Shown: one piece after another, positions 1-8,686 of the stretch
Position numbering within the stretch: the first letter of the stretch is position 1
Layout: the number at the start of each line of letters is the position of its first letter
Assembly (NCBI GenBank): GCA_964368835.1
Contig: CAYJCZ010000003.1
Span: 153-64,152, forward strand
Source of the DNA: an uncultured Candidatus Saccharibacteria bacterium
GTDB taxonomy: Bacteria > Patescibacteriota > Minisyncoccia > Phycocordibacterales > UBA6065
Reading direction: 5' to 3'
Length of the DNA: 64,000 nucleotides
The notes under the pieces: generated by a model
Databases searched by the model: none
What the model was told of the DNA's origin: nothing
What the model saw: the letters and a program-made list of their open reading frames with translations, nothing else
Made by a program: the position numbers and the translations under genes

Positions 1-3000
1 TTTGTTGGGCTAAATGGTGGCCACGACAATGTTCCGAACCATGCGGGCTTTGAATCGAGATAGAGAGAATTTACAAGAACCTCTCCAGACTGAAGACTTT
101 CATTGATACCTCCGTATGTTGCGCCGTTTAATCCTCCGTACCAGTTTGCCTTAAAGATGGATGTCGCCAACACATCCAAATCTCGTTCCTGCCATCCAGC
201 AGGACCTGGTTTTGTATTATTGATCCAATCTTGCCAATAAACACCACCACTTGGCGCCACGAAACCATCAGAGTAACCATTTCCGATGTTTGGCTGACCA
301 AATGAGTACACACCTCCACCTGAGCTATTTCCAATTTGATTTCCTACGATGCTAAAGTTTCGAGCAAATCTCTTTACTGCGATTGGGAATGATTTTGCTG
401 TTATCCAGTTTCGGTAAAGAGTTGTCTCTGATTCACCGCCGAAATAACCATCAGACATTAATCCATCCATCAAGTTACCTTCGTAGAGGTTATAGCTATT
501 GTGAGGACCATGGTTTGTATCCACAACATTACCCGTCATATGGTTATACGCAAATACGTTTCCTGTTGATCCGAAGTTGATTTCTAAAAGCGGAAATGAT
601 TTATACACAATGTTATCTTCGAAAAGGCATCCTTGAGTTGTAGCCATAAGAAGTCCCGCACCGTTGGATCCTGAGTGATTCAATTCATCAAGATAGCTGT
701 GTCGTATTTCACAAGCAAGACTATCTGAGACAGAAACACTGTAGTTTCCAATTCCCATCACTTTTACATTCTTGAGCCAAGAACCATATGTACCAGACAT
801 TGTTATTCCGACTTGAGGCAAAGCGTTTGACCCGTCAATCGTAAGATCCTCCGCACCCACATTATAAATAGTAGTCGGTGCAACAATAATACTAGTGTTC
901 GGCTCGTAATAATTGAACAAAAGTGCAGGTGAGATCGTAAGCACGTTTCCTGACTTTGCTACAACCTGAGACGTCTGATGTCGCCCGTACAATCCATCAG
1001 TACCCATTACAGGCAGATTTGGATCCTTTGTTGAAAGCTGTATAAGTGATCCTTGTCGGAACAGTGTTCCATCTGCAACTGTTATCTGAGTGCTACCCCT
1101 ATACAGACCTGATGTTACAGTCGTAGCAGGCGCTCGATAAAAACCATCACCACCTCGGAAGAACAAACAAGCACCTCCTCGACAATCAATTCGGGTTAAA
1201 TTCATGCCATCACCTCGTATCGTAATGTTACTTTTTGTAACATAAATCTGATACGAAGTTTTATATGTACCTGCCGGCAAATAGACGACATCGTTTGCAC
1301 CAGCCGCACTAACAGCAGCGTTAATTGCCGCCGCAGCGTCTGTCGCACCTGAATTATCGGCGTTGTATGGCGCTTTTGTAACATCAATAAGATTATTCCT
1401 ATTTGTCGGAATGCCTCCAGGAACTCCAACGGTTACTCCAGGAGTCCAATCAGTGAGACGATTAGGTGGAATAATTCCGCTCTGGGCAGCAGACTGTGTT
1501 CGAGCAGTCACGCTCATTGAAGCGCCAGATTCAACATTTGATGCACTCACAGATTTAATTGTGTACGTGTACGCAGTATCAGGAGTAAGTCCTATGTCCT
1601 GAAAGAAGCCCGGCTCCTTATATACCAGATTGTTTGGCGTACCAAGAATACTTCCAACAAGCTGTCCATTTCGATAGACGTTATATTTTGCAGGCTCTAT
1701 AGCACCCAATGCAGGAGACCATGCAACGCTTATCTGACGAGCAGAAACACCAGTTGCACCAACTACAGCAGGAACGTCTGGTGCTCCAGTGACAGGAGCC
1801 GTAGCACTACTGAATGCCGCAACAACACTTATGTTACTTGTTACTGCAACAGTACAACTTCCCGTACCCGAGCAAGAGCCACCGCTCCAACCAGTGAATG
1901 TTGATCCTGATGCGGGAGTAGCTGTGAGTGTAAGACTTGTACCAGAGCCAACTGTTGCAGAACAATCAACGCCGCAGGAAATTCCATTTCCGGATACAGT
2001 TCCTGATCCAGTACCAGCTTTATTAACTGTAATTGTATACGAAGTCGGCTCAGGTGCAGATTGAGCAAGAGTAGAAAATATTGCATTAGAAGAAAGCGCT
2101 ACATTGCCCGCAGCATCTTTTGATCTAACTCTGTAGTTATAGGTTGTATTAGAATCAAGAGAAGAAAGTGATACTGAGTGATTGGTAACAAGAGATGCAT
2201 CAAGTGAAGTTAAATTTCCATATGATGCAGAAGTGAGTCCGTATTCAACTTGCGTATCAGCAGCCTCGTTTGTTGTCCAAGATATGGTTGCGCCAGAAAG
2301 ACTGACCGATGAGGCCGACACAGAAGAAATAGTTGGCGCTGTCGTGTCCCCAGGATCATTAGTTCCACCACCGCCTCCACCAGAAGCAGAACCGCCAAGT
2401 GCGTAGATCTCAGAAATTTCACCTGTAGTTAACAAGCGTGAGTAGATGCGCACATCATCAATAGCTCCGTTGAAATTTGCGAGATTTCCTGCTGCATTAG
2501 CATATGTACCTATGGTAATCGGAAGATTTACCGGATTAAGTGTTATGTAACTTGATGTGTCGGTGGACGCCTGCTCAACCCCATTCACAAATAATTTTTG
2601 AACTCCGGCATTATATGTACCTACGACATGCACCCACTGATTCTGGGATAGACCTGTACCAGAATAAATCGGCTGTCCACCAACACCCCATGTTGGTATT
2701 GTCATCTGGCCATCATTATAAATCCCCATCACAAATGATGTGTTGTAAGCATTCTCTACAATGTTTGCAGATGTTCCTCCTGCTGGAAACTGAGACACTT
2801 TAATCCAAGCACTTACTGAAAATGAATTCGTAAGCGCGACAGAGTTTGAAGTCTTTGCATAACTCGAACCGTCAAAATTTATGGCATTACCATTATTACC
2901 GGTTGACCATCCAGCCGTATTGAAAAGTGTTAACGTATTCCCGTTACCTGATGAATCTGCAGAACTGCTGCCTGAACCCTCATCAAATACATAGTGTGCG

Positions 3001-3155
3001 ACCAATCCTGATCCAGTCCCAGAAACTGCTGCGATTTGATTTTGGAAAAGTGTTGTAAAAAGACCGTTTGTTGAAAAAATATAAATGAGCGCACTACTTC
3101 CAGTACAAAAAACACCGATCGCAAATAATACAAGCAGTTTTTGGGGTATTTTCAT
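1..3155 (-). CDS. Large secreted cell-surface protein (signal peptide, LamG/concanavalin-like domain, Fn3 and InlB-B-repeat-like modules, pectin-lyase-like right-handed beta-helix). C-terminus is truncated by the window edge. Paralog of 57270..62852.
   Basis: Minus-strand ATG at 3155..3153 translates as MKIPQKLLVLFAIGVFCTGSSAL...AAVSGTGSGLVAHYVFDEGSGSSSADSSGNGNTLTLFNTAGW. This aligns residue-for-residue with the N-terminus of the 1860-aa ORF (MKISQKLLVGFALS...AAISGSGSGLIAHYTFDS...). DNA at 1-60 is about 80% identical to 59300-59360. The frame stays open to position 1; the ORF track omits it only because no stop falls inside the window. Confidence 0.7.
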   Translation of the reverse strand, partial: MKIPQKLLVLFAIGVFCTGSSALIYIFSTNGLFTTLFQNQIAAVSGTGSGLVAHYVFDEGSGSSSADSSGNGNTLTLFNTAGWSTGNNGNAINFDGSSYAKTSNSVALTNSFSVSAWIKVSQFPAGGTSANIVENAYNTSFVMGIYNDGQMTIPTWGVGGQPIYSGTGLSQNQWVHVVGTYNAGVQKLFVNGVEQASTDTSSYITLNPVNLPITIGTYANAAGNLANFNGAIDDVRIYSRLLTTGEISEIYALGGSASGGGGGGTNDPGDTTAPTISSVSASSVSLSGATISWTTNEAADTQVEYGLTSASYGNLTSLDASLVTNHSVSLSSLDSNTTYNYRVRSKDAAGNVALSSNAIFSTLAQSAPEPTSYTITVNKAGTGSGTVSGNGISCGVDCSATVGSGTSLTLTATPASGSTFTGWSGGSCSGTGSCTVAVTSNISVVAAFSSATAPVTGAPDVPAVVGATGVSARQISVAWSPALGAIEPAKYNVYRNGQLVGSILGTPNNLVYKEPGFFQDIGLTPDTAYTYTIKSVSASNVESGASMSVTARTQSAAQSGIIPPNRLTDWTPGVTVGVPGGIPTNRNNLIDVTKAPYNADNSGATDAAAAINAAVSAAGANDVVYLPAGTYKTSYQIYVTKSNITIRGDGMNLTRIDCRGGACLFFRGGDGFYRAPATTVTSGLYRGSTQITVADGTLFRQGSLIQLSTKDPNLPVMGTDGLYGRHQTSQVVAKSGNVLTISPALLFNYYEPNTSIIVAPTTIYNVGAEDLTIDGSNALPQVGITMSGTYGSWLKNVKVMGIGNYSVSVSDSLACEIRHSYLDELNHSGSNGAGLLMATTQGCLFEDNIVYKSFPLLEINFGSTGNVFAYNHMTGNVVDTNHGPHNSYNLYEGNLMDGLMSDGYFGGESETTLYRNWITAKSFPIAVKRFARNFSIVGNQIGNSSGGGVYSFGQPNIGNGYSDGFVAPSGGVYWQDWINNTKPGPAGWQERDLDVLATSIFKANWYGGLNGATYGGINESLQSGEVLVNSLYLDSKPAWFGTLSWPPFSPT

Positions 3156-3209
3156 ATCTATCAAGTATACCCTCAAACCCTAGGAACTCCTCAGGAGTTT
3201 TCAACAGAT

Positions 3210-4292
3210 TTACACTTCGTCTAGATCAGGCTTATCTACTGACACAGGGTCAAGGCCAATTGTTGTACCAGTTATACGCATTACATCCTTATCAACCTTC
3301 TTAAGTTCCTTTGATGAATACATGTATTGATTCACAACTGTCGCAAGGTTGTTTCCAAGTTTATTGTGATACTCCTCATATGCTTTTAGATGCTTACCGA
3401 GCTCACCTACACGCTGAACGATATCCTTTGCAGTCTCTTCGATCTGCATAGCCTTGAGCCCCTGAAGTACCGTCTGTAGATATGCGAGAAAAGACGTTGG
3501 AGAAACAATAATAACCTTATATTTATTAGCCGCGCGCTGAATGAGGTTATCTGTATCCTCTGTAATTGCGCCAATTTTGTTTACAAGCAAGTCATAATAG
3601 ATCGCCTCGTGCGGGATAAACATGAAAGCAAAATCCATAGTCCCCTCGCTTGGTCGAATGTATTTTGAAGTTTCTGTGATGCGGTTTTTCAAATCTCCCA
3701 CAAAGAGCTTTTCAAGTCGAATCTTTTCCGCTTCATTCTTTTCCTGAGCAAGACGGTTATAGTTTTCAAGAGAAAACTTTGAATCAATCGAGATGATCTT
3801 GTCCTTTATTCGCACAATTGCGTCCACAATCTCACCATCCTTAAATCCGTACTGCATCTGATAGCCACCTGGTGGCAGAACGTTCTTTAGAAGTGCTTCT
3901 AGGTAGTATTCGCCCAATACTCCGCGCTGCTTTGGATTCTTGAGGATATCTTGCAGATTCTGAAGCTGATCAGCAAAGCCCACCATTTGTTTTCCCGTTT
4001 CCTCGACGCGCGTAACCTTCTCGGCCATCGATGTTACTTCCTTTAAGAATTTATCTACAAGCTTCTGGGACTCTGAAAACTGATTTCTCATTGAATCGGT
4101 CATCGTGCGATTTGTCTCGCCTATTTTTTTATCTACTGTGCGGTTGAGTTCATTCATCTGTTCCAAAAGAAGCCTCATCGCACCATCATCAGTCTTTGGT
4201 GCCTCTGGCTTTTTACGTAGAACAAAAAAGAATATACCTGCATTAAGAACAAGGAGAACGACCGCGAAGGCAATAAGGATGGCTGTTTGCAT
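3210..4292 (-). CDS. rmuC: DNA recombination protein RmuC
   Basis: 360 aa with an N-terminal TM helix, a long coiled-coil and the RmuC C-terminal nuclease-like region (GEYYLEALL, IVSPTSFLAYLQ). Confidence 0.8.
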   Translation of the reverse strand: MQTAILIAFAVVLLVLNAGIFFFVLRKKPEAPKTDDGAMRLLLEQMNELNRTVDKKIGETNRTMTDSMRNQFSESQKLVDKFLKEVTSMAEKVTRVEETGKQMVGFADQLQNLQDILKNPKQRGVLGEYYLEALLKNVLPPGGYQMQYGFKDGEIVDAIVRIKDKIISIDSKFSLENYNRLAQEKNEAEKIRLEKLFVGDLKNRITETSKYIRPSEGTMDFAFMFIPHEAIYYDLLVNKIGAITEDTDNLIQRAANKYKVIIVSPTSFLAYLQTVLQGLKAMQIEETAKDIVQRVGELGKHLKAYEEYHNKLGNNLATVVNQYMYSSKELKKVDKDVMRITGTTIGLDPVSVDKPDLDEV

Positions 4293-4319
4293 GAGTACAT
4301 TATAGGATATACTTATTAC

Positions 4320-4772
4320 ATGACGCTACATCAAACAATAAAAGGACACATTAAGGAATCCATGATCGCTAAAGATGAGACACGAACAATGGTTTTACGA
4401 GGTATTCAGGCTGAAATTCAAAAAGATCTCATCGCAAAGAAATCTGCTGCAACTGAAGGCACGGACGATGAAGTTCTCGCAATTATCAAAAAACTCGTAA
4501 AGCAGCGAAAGGATTCTATCGATCAGTTTACAAAAGGTGGCCGACCTGAACTTGCTGAAAGTGAGCAGAAGGAACTTAAAGTCCTCGAAGCATACCTTCC
4601 TGCATCTATGCCTAAAGATGAGATAAAGAAAGTGGTAGTAGCAAAGAAGGCAGAACTCGGTGTAACTGATAAATCTGGCGCTGGAAAGCTCATTGGCGCA
4701 ATCTCAAAGGAACTTAAAGGTAAAGCAGAGGGATCCGACATAAAGGAAGTTGTTGATAGTCTCTTTAATTAG
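4320..4772 (+). CDS. yqeY: GatB/YqeY-domain protein
   Basis: MTLHQTIKGHIKESMIAKDETRTMVLRGIQAEIQK... matches the YqeY family pattern. The internal ATG at 4320 is chosen because the 4287 start would overlap the divergent rmuC start. Confidence 0.7.
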   Translation: MTLHQTIKGHIKESMIAKDETRTMVLRGIQAEIQKDLIAKKSAATEGTDDEVLAIIKKLVKQRKDSIDQFTKGGRPELAESEQKELKVLEAYLPASMPKDEIKKVVVAKKAELGVTDKSGAGKLIGAISKELKGKAEGSDIKEVVDSLFN

Positions 4773-4814
4773 AGCATCTCACATTTGCATATTTTCTAGA
4801 ACTGTTTTGTAGTA

Positions 4815-4843
4815 TTGACAAAACAGTCTTTTGGGTATATAAT
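4815..4843 (+). promoter_or_regulatory. Consensus sigma70 promoter: TTGACA, 17-nt spacer, TATAAT
   Basis: TTGACA at 4815-4820, spacer aaacagtcttttgggta (17 nt), TATAAT at 4838-4843. Predicted transcription start is near 4850. Confidence 0.6.
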
Positions 4844-4849
4844 TATATT

Positions 4850-5210
4850 CGAAGATGAACACTTCAAAGTCCAGTGAAACCATCGACTCAGAGTTGGTGG
4901 CCGAAGTGGTACGGGTGATGAGAGTAGAGCATCTGATCGCATCAGCAGCTACAACTCAAGTTATCCTTCGTCAGAAACGGTTCTTTGGGAATGCTTCGCT
5001 CGTCGCCAAAATGGCGGATGAGTTATTCACCAAAGAAAATAGCCCACGTTATCGCAGCCACCCCCCGTCCTTGGACGCACGCCAGTGCCACACATGATGC
5101 ACTGGCAGCCAAGGAAGCGGCCGCATAACGGAAGCTCTCCAAAACAAAGTTAACGTCTCTCGTGGGAGAGACAAAGGCCGGATCGTTTTACGATCCGGCC
5201 TCTTTATTTT
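4850..5210 (+). other. Discrete ~360-nt GC-rich transcription unit. Either a structured ncRNA of unknown class or a leaderless 80-aa ORF (4855..5097).
   Basis: It is bounded by the consensus promoter and an intrinsic terminator. GC content and codon choice (cgg, gcg, gtg, ctg) are atypical for the surrounding AT-rich genes. It contains local hairpins (GCCAGTGC...GCACTGGC; GTCTCTCgtggGAGAGAC). Confidence 0.3.
5176..5210 (+). terminator. Rho-independent terminator
   Basis: GGCCGGATCG-tttta-CGATCCGGCC followed by TCTTTATTTT. Confidence 0.7.
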
Positions 5211-5286
5211 CCTCTATCCCCCACTTTTACCTTTTATAACCTAGAGCTATACTTAATCCGGCTTTACAAGACACTAAGCAATAATC

Positions 5287-5487
5287 ATGATCCGCAACAA
5301 CGCCTTTAATTTGATGAATCAACTCGTCCAGGAATCAAAATCCGTCTGGCGCATTAAAAACGAATACATGAAGGAGGCTGTCGGTTCCGAGGACATTATG
5401 GCGATCTGGAAGGAAATGGAGAAAACCAAGGATGAACAGATTGTAAAACTTCAAGCCCTCATTCAGAAGTACAACATCACCTCATAA
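5287..5487 (+). CDS. Hypothetical small protein (66 aa)
   Basis: Complete ORF between two intrinsic terminators. No recognisable domain. Confidence 0.35.
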   Translation: MIRNNAFNLMNQLVQESKSVWRIKNEYMKEAVGSEDIMAIWKEMEKTKDEQIVKLQALIQKYNITS

Positions 5488-5519
5488 AAAATCGCTCTCA
5501 TGGTGAGAGCGATTTTTTA
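5486..5519. terminator. Bidirectional intrinsic terminator
   Basis: A-run, ATCGCTCTCA-tgg-TGAGAGCGAT, T-run. It sits between convergent genes. Confidence 0.65.
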
Positions 5520-5852
5520 TGGCCTTACAACAAACGAAGTGACGTTTACCCCGGTCTCTTCATTTGAAGTGTATTCAAAGTCTGCGGTGTAAGCATTATG
5601 TCCGTCTTCGTATGAAACTACACCTTTGCCGTTTTTAGTCTCGATGCTTGTAACATAGAATCTGCCTCCCAACACTTCGGGTACAGGTGAAAGCTCACTT
5701 ATATAAAGCTTTACGTAGTTATCAATAGACATAAGTCTATTTTGAGTGGTGGTTGATCCAGATGTAACAGGTTCATCCTCCTTTGATACAAGCACTGTAC
5801 AGAGTGCAAAACCAAGCGCGAGAACTATGATAGCGATAATTATTTTCTTCAT
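5517..5852 (-). CDS. Small secreted/lipoprotein-like protein
   Basis: Internal start MKKIIIAIIVLALGFALCTVLVS gives a signal peptide with a Cys that could mark a lipobox. The longer ORF-track start (5936) adds a non-hydrophobic leader. Confidence 0.5.
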   Translation of the reverse strand: MKKIIIAIIVLALGFALCTVLVSKEDEPVTSGSTTTQNRLMSIDNYVKLYISELSPVPEVLGGRFYVTSIETKNGKGVVSYEDGHNAYTADFEYTSNEETGVNVTSFVVRP

Positions 5853-5938
5853 ACATCCATAATACGACAAAGTGTAATGTTTTGTCTTTTCTTGATAAAA
5901 GGCCATAAATTCTGTATTCTCACTAAGTCGTCTCAAAC

Positions 5939-6010
5939 GGCCCTATCGTCTAATGGTTAGGACGGAAGCTTCTCAAGCTTTAAATCGGGGTTCGATTCCC
6001 CGTAGGGTCA
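5939..6010 (+). tRNA. tRNA-Glu (anticodon CUC)
   Basis: GGCCCTA acceptor stem pairs with TAGGGTC, D-arm TCGTCTAATGGTTAGGACG, anticodon loop UUCUCAA, T-arm GGGGTTCGATTCCCC, discriminator A. No encoded CCA. Confidence 0.85.
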
Positions 6011-6018
6011 CATCATAT

Positions 6019-6046
6019 AAAAAAACCCGATCAAAATAGATCGGGA
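6019..6046 (-). terminator. Intrinsic terminator (hairpin CCCGATC/GATCGGG plus T-run on the minus strand), overlapping the stop of 6031..6486
   Basis: Minus-strand reading gives CCCGATCtattttGATCGGG followed by TTTTTTT. Confidence 0.55.
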
Positions 6047-6486
6047 TGGAGCGGAAGACTGGTAACTTTTTCCGAATAAAGACGTTGCGTCGCTTCGTAC
6101 ACAATTCTCAGGGTTCTTGAGGCCCTCACGCCCTCGCCAGCAATCCCAGTAAACCATGGCTGTATGCTGGAAACATAATCTGAATCTTCCATTATTTTCC
6201 GAATGAGCGTTTGGTCTTCTATCCCAAAATCTCGGAGAATTTGAGCGAGCAACTCTTCAGTCAGGCCATTTTCTAGACCCATTTTTACAATCTTCTGATA
6301 TGCAGGAAACAAAGTGAATTCAAAATACAGTACAGCCTCTTCCTCGCTGGAAAGATACCATGACCTACCATCCTTTGCCGCTTGTTTCATGCGTTCAAAA
6401 AGATCCAAATCTTCTTGTGCTATTTCAAAGACAAAGGGTTTTCCTGTACTCAGGTGACATGATCCAACTGTAGAATATGCTGGCAT
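6031..6486 (-). CDS. Hypothetical protein (151 aa)
   Basis: Complete ORF with its own terminator. No recognisable domain. Confidence 0.5.
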   Translation of the reverse strand: MPAYSTVGSCHLSTGKPFVFEIAQEDLDLFERMKQAAKDGRSWYLSSEEEAVLYFEFTLFPAYQKIVKMGLENGLTEELLAQILRDFGIEDQTLIRKIMEDSDYVSSIQPWFTGIAGEGVRASRTLRIVYEATQRLYSEKVTSLPLHPDLF

Positions 6487-6624
6487 CTAAAAGTCCTTTC
6501 TTTAATTGGTTAAGAATCTAATCAACACATTACTGCAGGACAACCAAAATGCAACTGATCTGAAAAATTTGACTAATCAGAATTGTGTGATACGGTATGG
6601 AAAGAACCCCACTATTCTGTCTAT

Positions 6625-7014
6625 ATGAACATACTAAAGATCATCGTCGTCGCGATTCTTATCGCTATTCAGATTAATGCTGCAGATAAAAAAGTTGAGG
6701 GTAAGGAAACCCAACCTCACATTTTTCTCGCTCCGGCAAAGCCAACGATCGTAATTGCCAAATCCGGTCAGATTGGCACCCCTCTCAACATAATCGCTAC
6801 GGCAAAAGATCCTCAGGATATTCCGATCTGCTTTGGTTTCGATTGGAATGCCGATGGGATTATCGATTACTACAGCACATATGTAGATTCAGGAAAGTCG
6901 ATGACGGTGCCGTACACATGGAAAACAAAAGGTGTACAAACACTTAGAATCTACACCCGAAACGCCATGGGTTCCTACTCGGATGCATCCGTGCATCAGA
7001 TAAAAATTGACTAG
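6625..7014 (+). CDS. Small secreted protein with a PKD-like domain
   Basis: Signal peptide MNILKIIVVAILIAIQINAA. C-terminal CFGFDWNADGIID...TVPYTWKTKGVQTLRIYTRNAMGSYSDASVHQIKI resembles a PKD/Ig-like fold motif. Confidence 0.5.
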   Translation: MNILKIIVVAILIAIQINAADKKVEGKETQPHIFLAPAKPTIVIAKSGQIGTPLNIIATAKDPQDIPICFGFDWNADGIIDYYSTYVDSGKSMTVPYTWKTKGVQTLRIYTRNAMGSYSDASVHQIKID

Positions 7015-7028
7015 CCTTACGGCAACAG

Positions 7029-7061
7029 CCCTTGAAGCTTTAATCGCTTCAAGGGTTTTTT
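7029..7061 (+). terminator. Rho-independent terminator
   Basis: CCCTTGAAGC-tttaatc-GCTTCAAGGG followed by TTTTTT. Confidence 0.65.
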
Positions 7062-7067
7062 ATATAT

Positions 7068-7514
7068 TTAAACCACAAGCATCCACACTACCGCAGCCAG
7101 ATTTCCCCACCAGCTTATAAATGACACGATGAAACTGAGAGTTATTTTTGTTTGAAGTGATGCCGGCAAAAGCTCTTGTGACCTCCCCTCTTTTTCTTGC
7201 TTGAGCAAAAATGGACTGACAACAAATGATAGAAATATTCCGTTCAGTATCATGACTGGAACAGAAATGAGCTGCATGAGCACGATACCTTCCAAAGGCA
7301 TGCCGCGGTATATAATAGCGCCCCCTATAATGACAAGAAGCATCCCAATCCAGATGAGAGGCTTGGTAACTTTATGCGTACGGATAGTTGCCTCTGTCCA
7401 ATACGGCGATTTCCTACCCAAAAAACCGTGCAGGTCGATTACCGTTACCGCACCAAGTCCGATCACAAAACCGGCAAACAAAACAAAAAGTTCAACAAAA
7501 TTAAGAAGGTTCAT
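7068..7514 (-). CDS. Integral membrane protein (about 4 TM)
   Basis: Strongly hydrophobic segments. Last gene of the membrane-protein operon. Confidence 0.5.
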   Translation of the reverse strand: MNLLNFVELFVLFAGFVIGLGAVTVIDLHGFLGRKSPYWTEATIRTHKVTKPLIWIGMLLVIIGGAIIYRGMPLEGIVLMQLISVPVMILNGIFLSFVVSPFLLKQEKEGRSQELLPASLQTKITLSFIVSFISWWGNLAAVVWMLVV

Positions 7515-7519
7515 TTCCT

Positions 7520-8287
7520 TTATGATTTCTTAAACCAAGGAATAAATTTATTTGTAACTCTCTTATAATCCGCAAAATCTGGATTTTCTTCCATTCGTTT
7601 TTCAAGAAGTGGAATGCCTGAGACTTTTAAAATAAGGATTGTAATTGTAAGCGGGCCAACGACTGCAATCCAAGCGCCAGGAAGCGACATAGAGATAAGC
7701 CACACACCCCACCACTGTGTCACCTCGCCAAAATAGTTTGGATGTCTCGTGTACTGCCACAAGCCAGTGCGAAGGAGCTTTCCCTTGTTCTCGGGATTTT
7801 TTATAAATCGCGCAAGCTCTGCATCTCCCTTTGATTCAAAATAAAAGCCAAGGATCCAAACAGCTACACCTATATAATCCAAAACACCCAATCCACCAAC
7901 ATTATTCTTATTTATAAACAACACCGGAAAGACGATCAGGTATAAGAGCACTCCTTGTAAGAGATAGACTTGCGCATATGACCTTGGATAAAACCACTTT
8001 CCCCACTCTTTTCTCCACGCGAGGTATCGGTAATCCTCTATCTTACCTTTATTCCTCTTGTAAATATGCATCGCAAGACGCATACCCCATATAGTCACCA
8101 AAACTCCGACGAGAATCCCCCTTTGAGCTTTGCTTCCTCCCATGAAAAATGAAATCCATGTGAGCAACACAAAACCAAGTCCCCACGCAATATCAGCCAC
8201 ATCATTTCTCTTCTTTATGAGAGACACAACAAACCAGCCTGTCATATAGGCAAGTAAAATCCCCGCGAGTACAAGAAAGTAATTCAT
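7520..8287 (-). CDS. DUF1295 family membrane protein (steroid 5-alpha-reductase / ICMT-like)
   Basis: Polytopic membrane protein with the hallmark YTRHPNYFGE motif. Confidence 0.65.
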   Translation of the reverse strand: MNYFLVLAGILLAYMTGWFVVSLIKKRNDVADIAWGLGFVLLTWISFFMGGSKAQRGILVGVLVTIWGMRLAMHIYKRNKGKIEDYRYLAWRKEWGKWFYPRSYAQVYLLQGVLLYLIVFPVLFINKNNVGGLGVLDYIGVAVWILGFYFESKGDAELARFIKNPENKGKLLRTGLWQYTRHPNYFGEVTQWWGVWLISMSLPGAWIAVVGPLTITILILKVSGIPLLEKRMEENPDFADYKRVTNKFIPWFKKS

Positions 8288-8682
8288 TAGCCGAGCTTAG
8301 TTACAATAACGTATGTGGCAATCGATACAGCAGCAGAGATAAATGCACCCCAGATCAAATCCACAACCGTCACAAGAAGCGGCCAATCCTTGAGTGTCGC
8401 GAGATTCGTAAGATCGTACGTCGCGTACGTAATAAGGCCAAAAAGTGCACCCATAAGAATCGCCTGTGTCCAAGATCCATTCGCGAGTGCGGGTGAAATA
8501 ACAAACAACACGAGACCAACAATAAAGAGAACGTAGAAAATAAGTGCGGCCGTCCAATTTACATTTGTCTTCATAAGAAACCCGATCTGCTCCTTATAAA
8601 AATTACGTGTAATGACTCCAAGCCAGAGAGCGTCGAGCGCAAGAAAGATTGGAAGCGCAATAAAATATAGTTTAAAGAACAT
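8287..8682 (-). CDS. Small integral membrane protein (DUF2177-like)
   Basis: 131 aa with 4 TM segments. Start and stop overlap the neighbouring genes. Confidence 0.45.
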   Translation of the reverse strand: MFFKLYFIALPIFLALDALWLGVITRNFYKEQIGFLMKTNVNWTAALIFYVLFIVGLVLFVISPALANGSWTQAILMGALFGLITYATYDLTNLATLKDWPLLVTVVDLIWGAFISAAVSIATYVIVTKLG

Positions 8683-8686
8683 GTTT

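Noticed and set aside
128-3133. Many 60-90-aa ORFs in the six-frame track across 1..3155, and the absence of any long ORF there. I considered an alternative genetic code, or a pseudogene.
   Set aside because: The real gene is a single long minus-strand reading frame that starts at 3155 and runs off the left window edge. The track lists only ORFs with an in-window stop. All other large genes translate cleanly with the standard code. The small ORFs are off-frame or antisense artefacts.
4850-5210. RNase P RNA, tmRNA or SRP RNA identity for the GC-rich promoter-to-terminator unit
   Set aside because: It contains AAAGUCC, but the other universally conserved RNase P blocks are absent: AGGGCA, the GGUAACGCC-like block, and ACAGAAnCCGGCUUA. 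It has no tmRNA 5-prime GGGG, no tRNA-like end and no SRP domain IV motif. It is left as unclassified.
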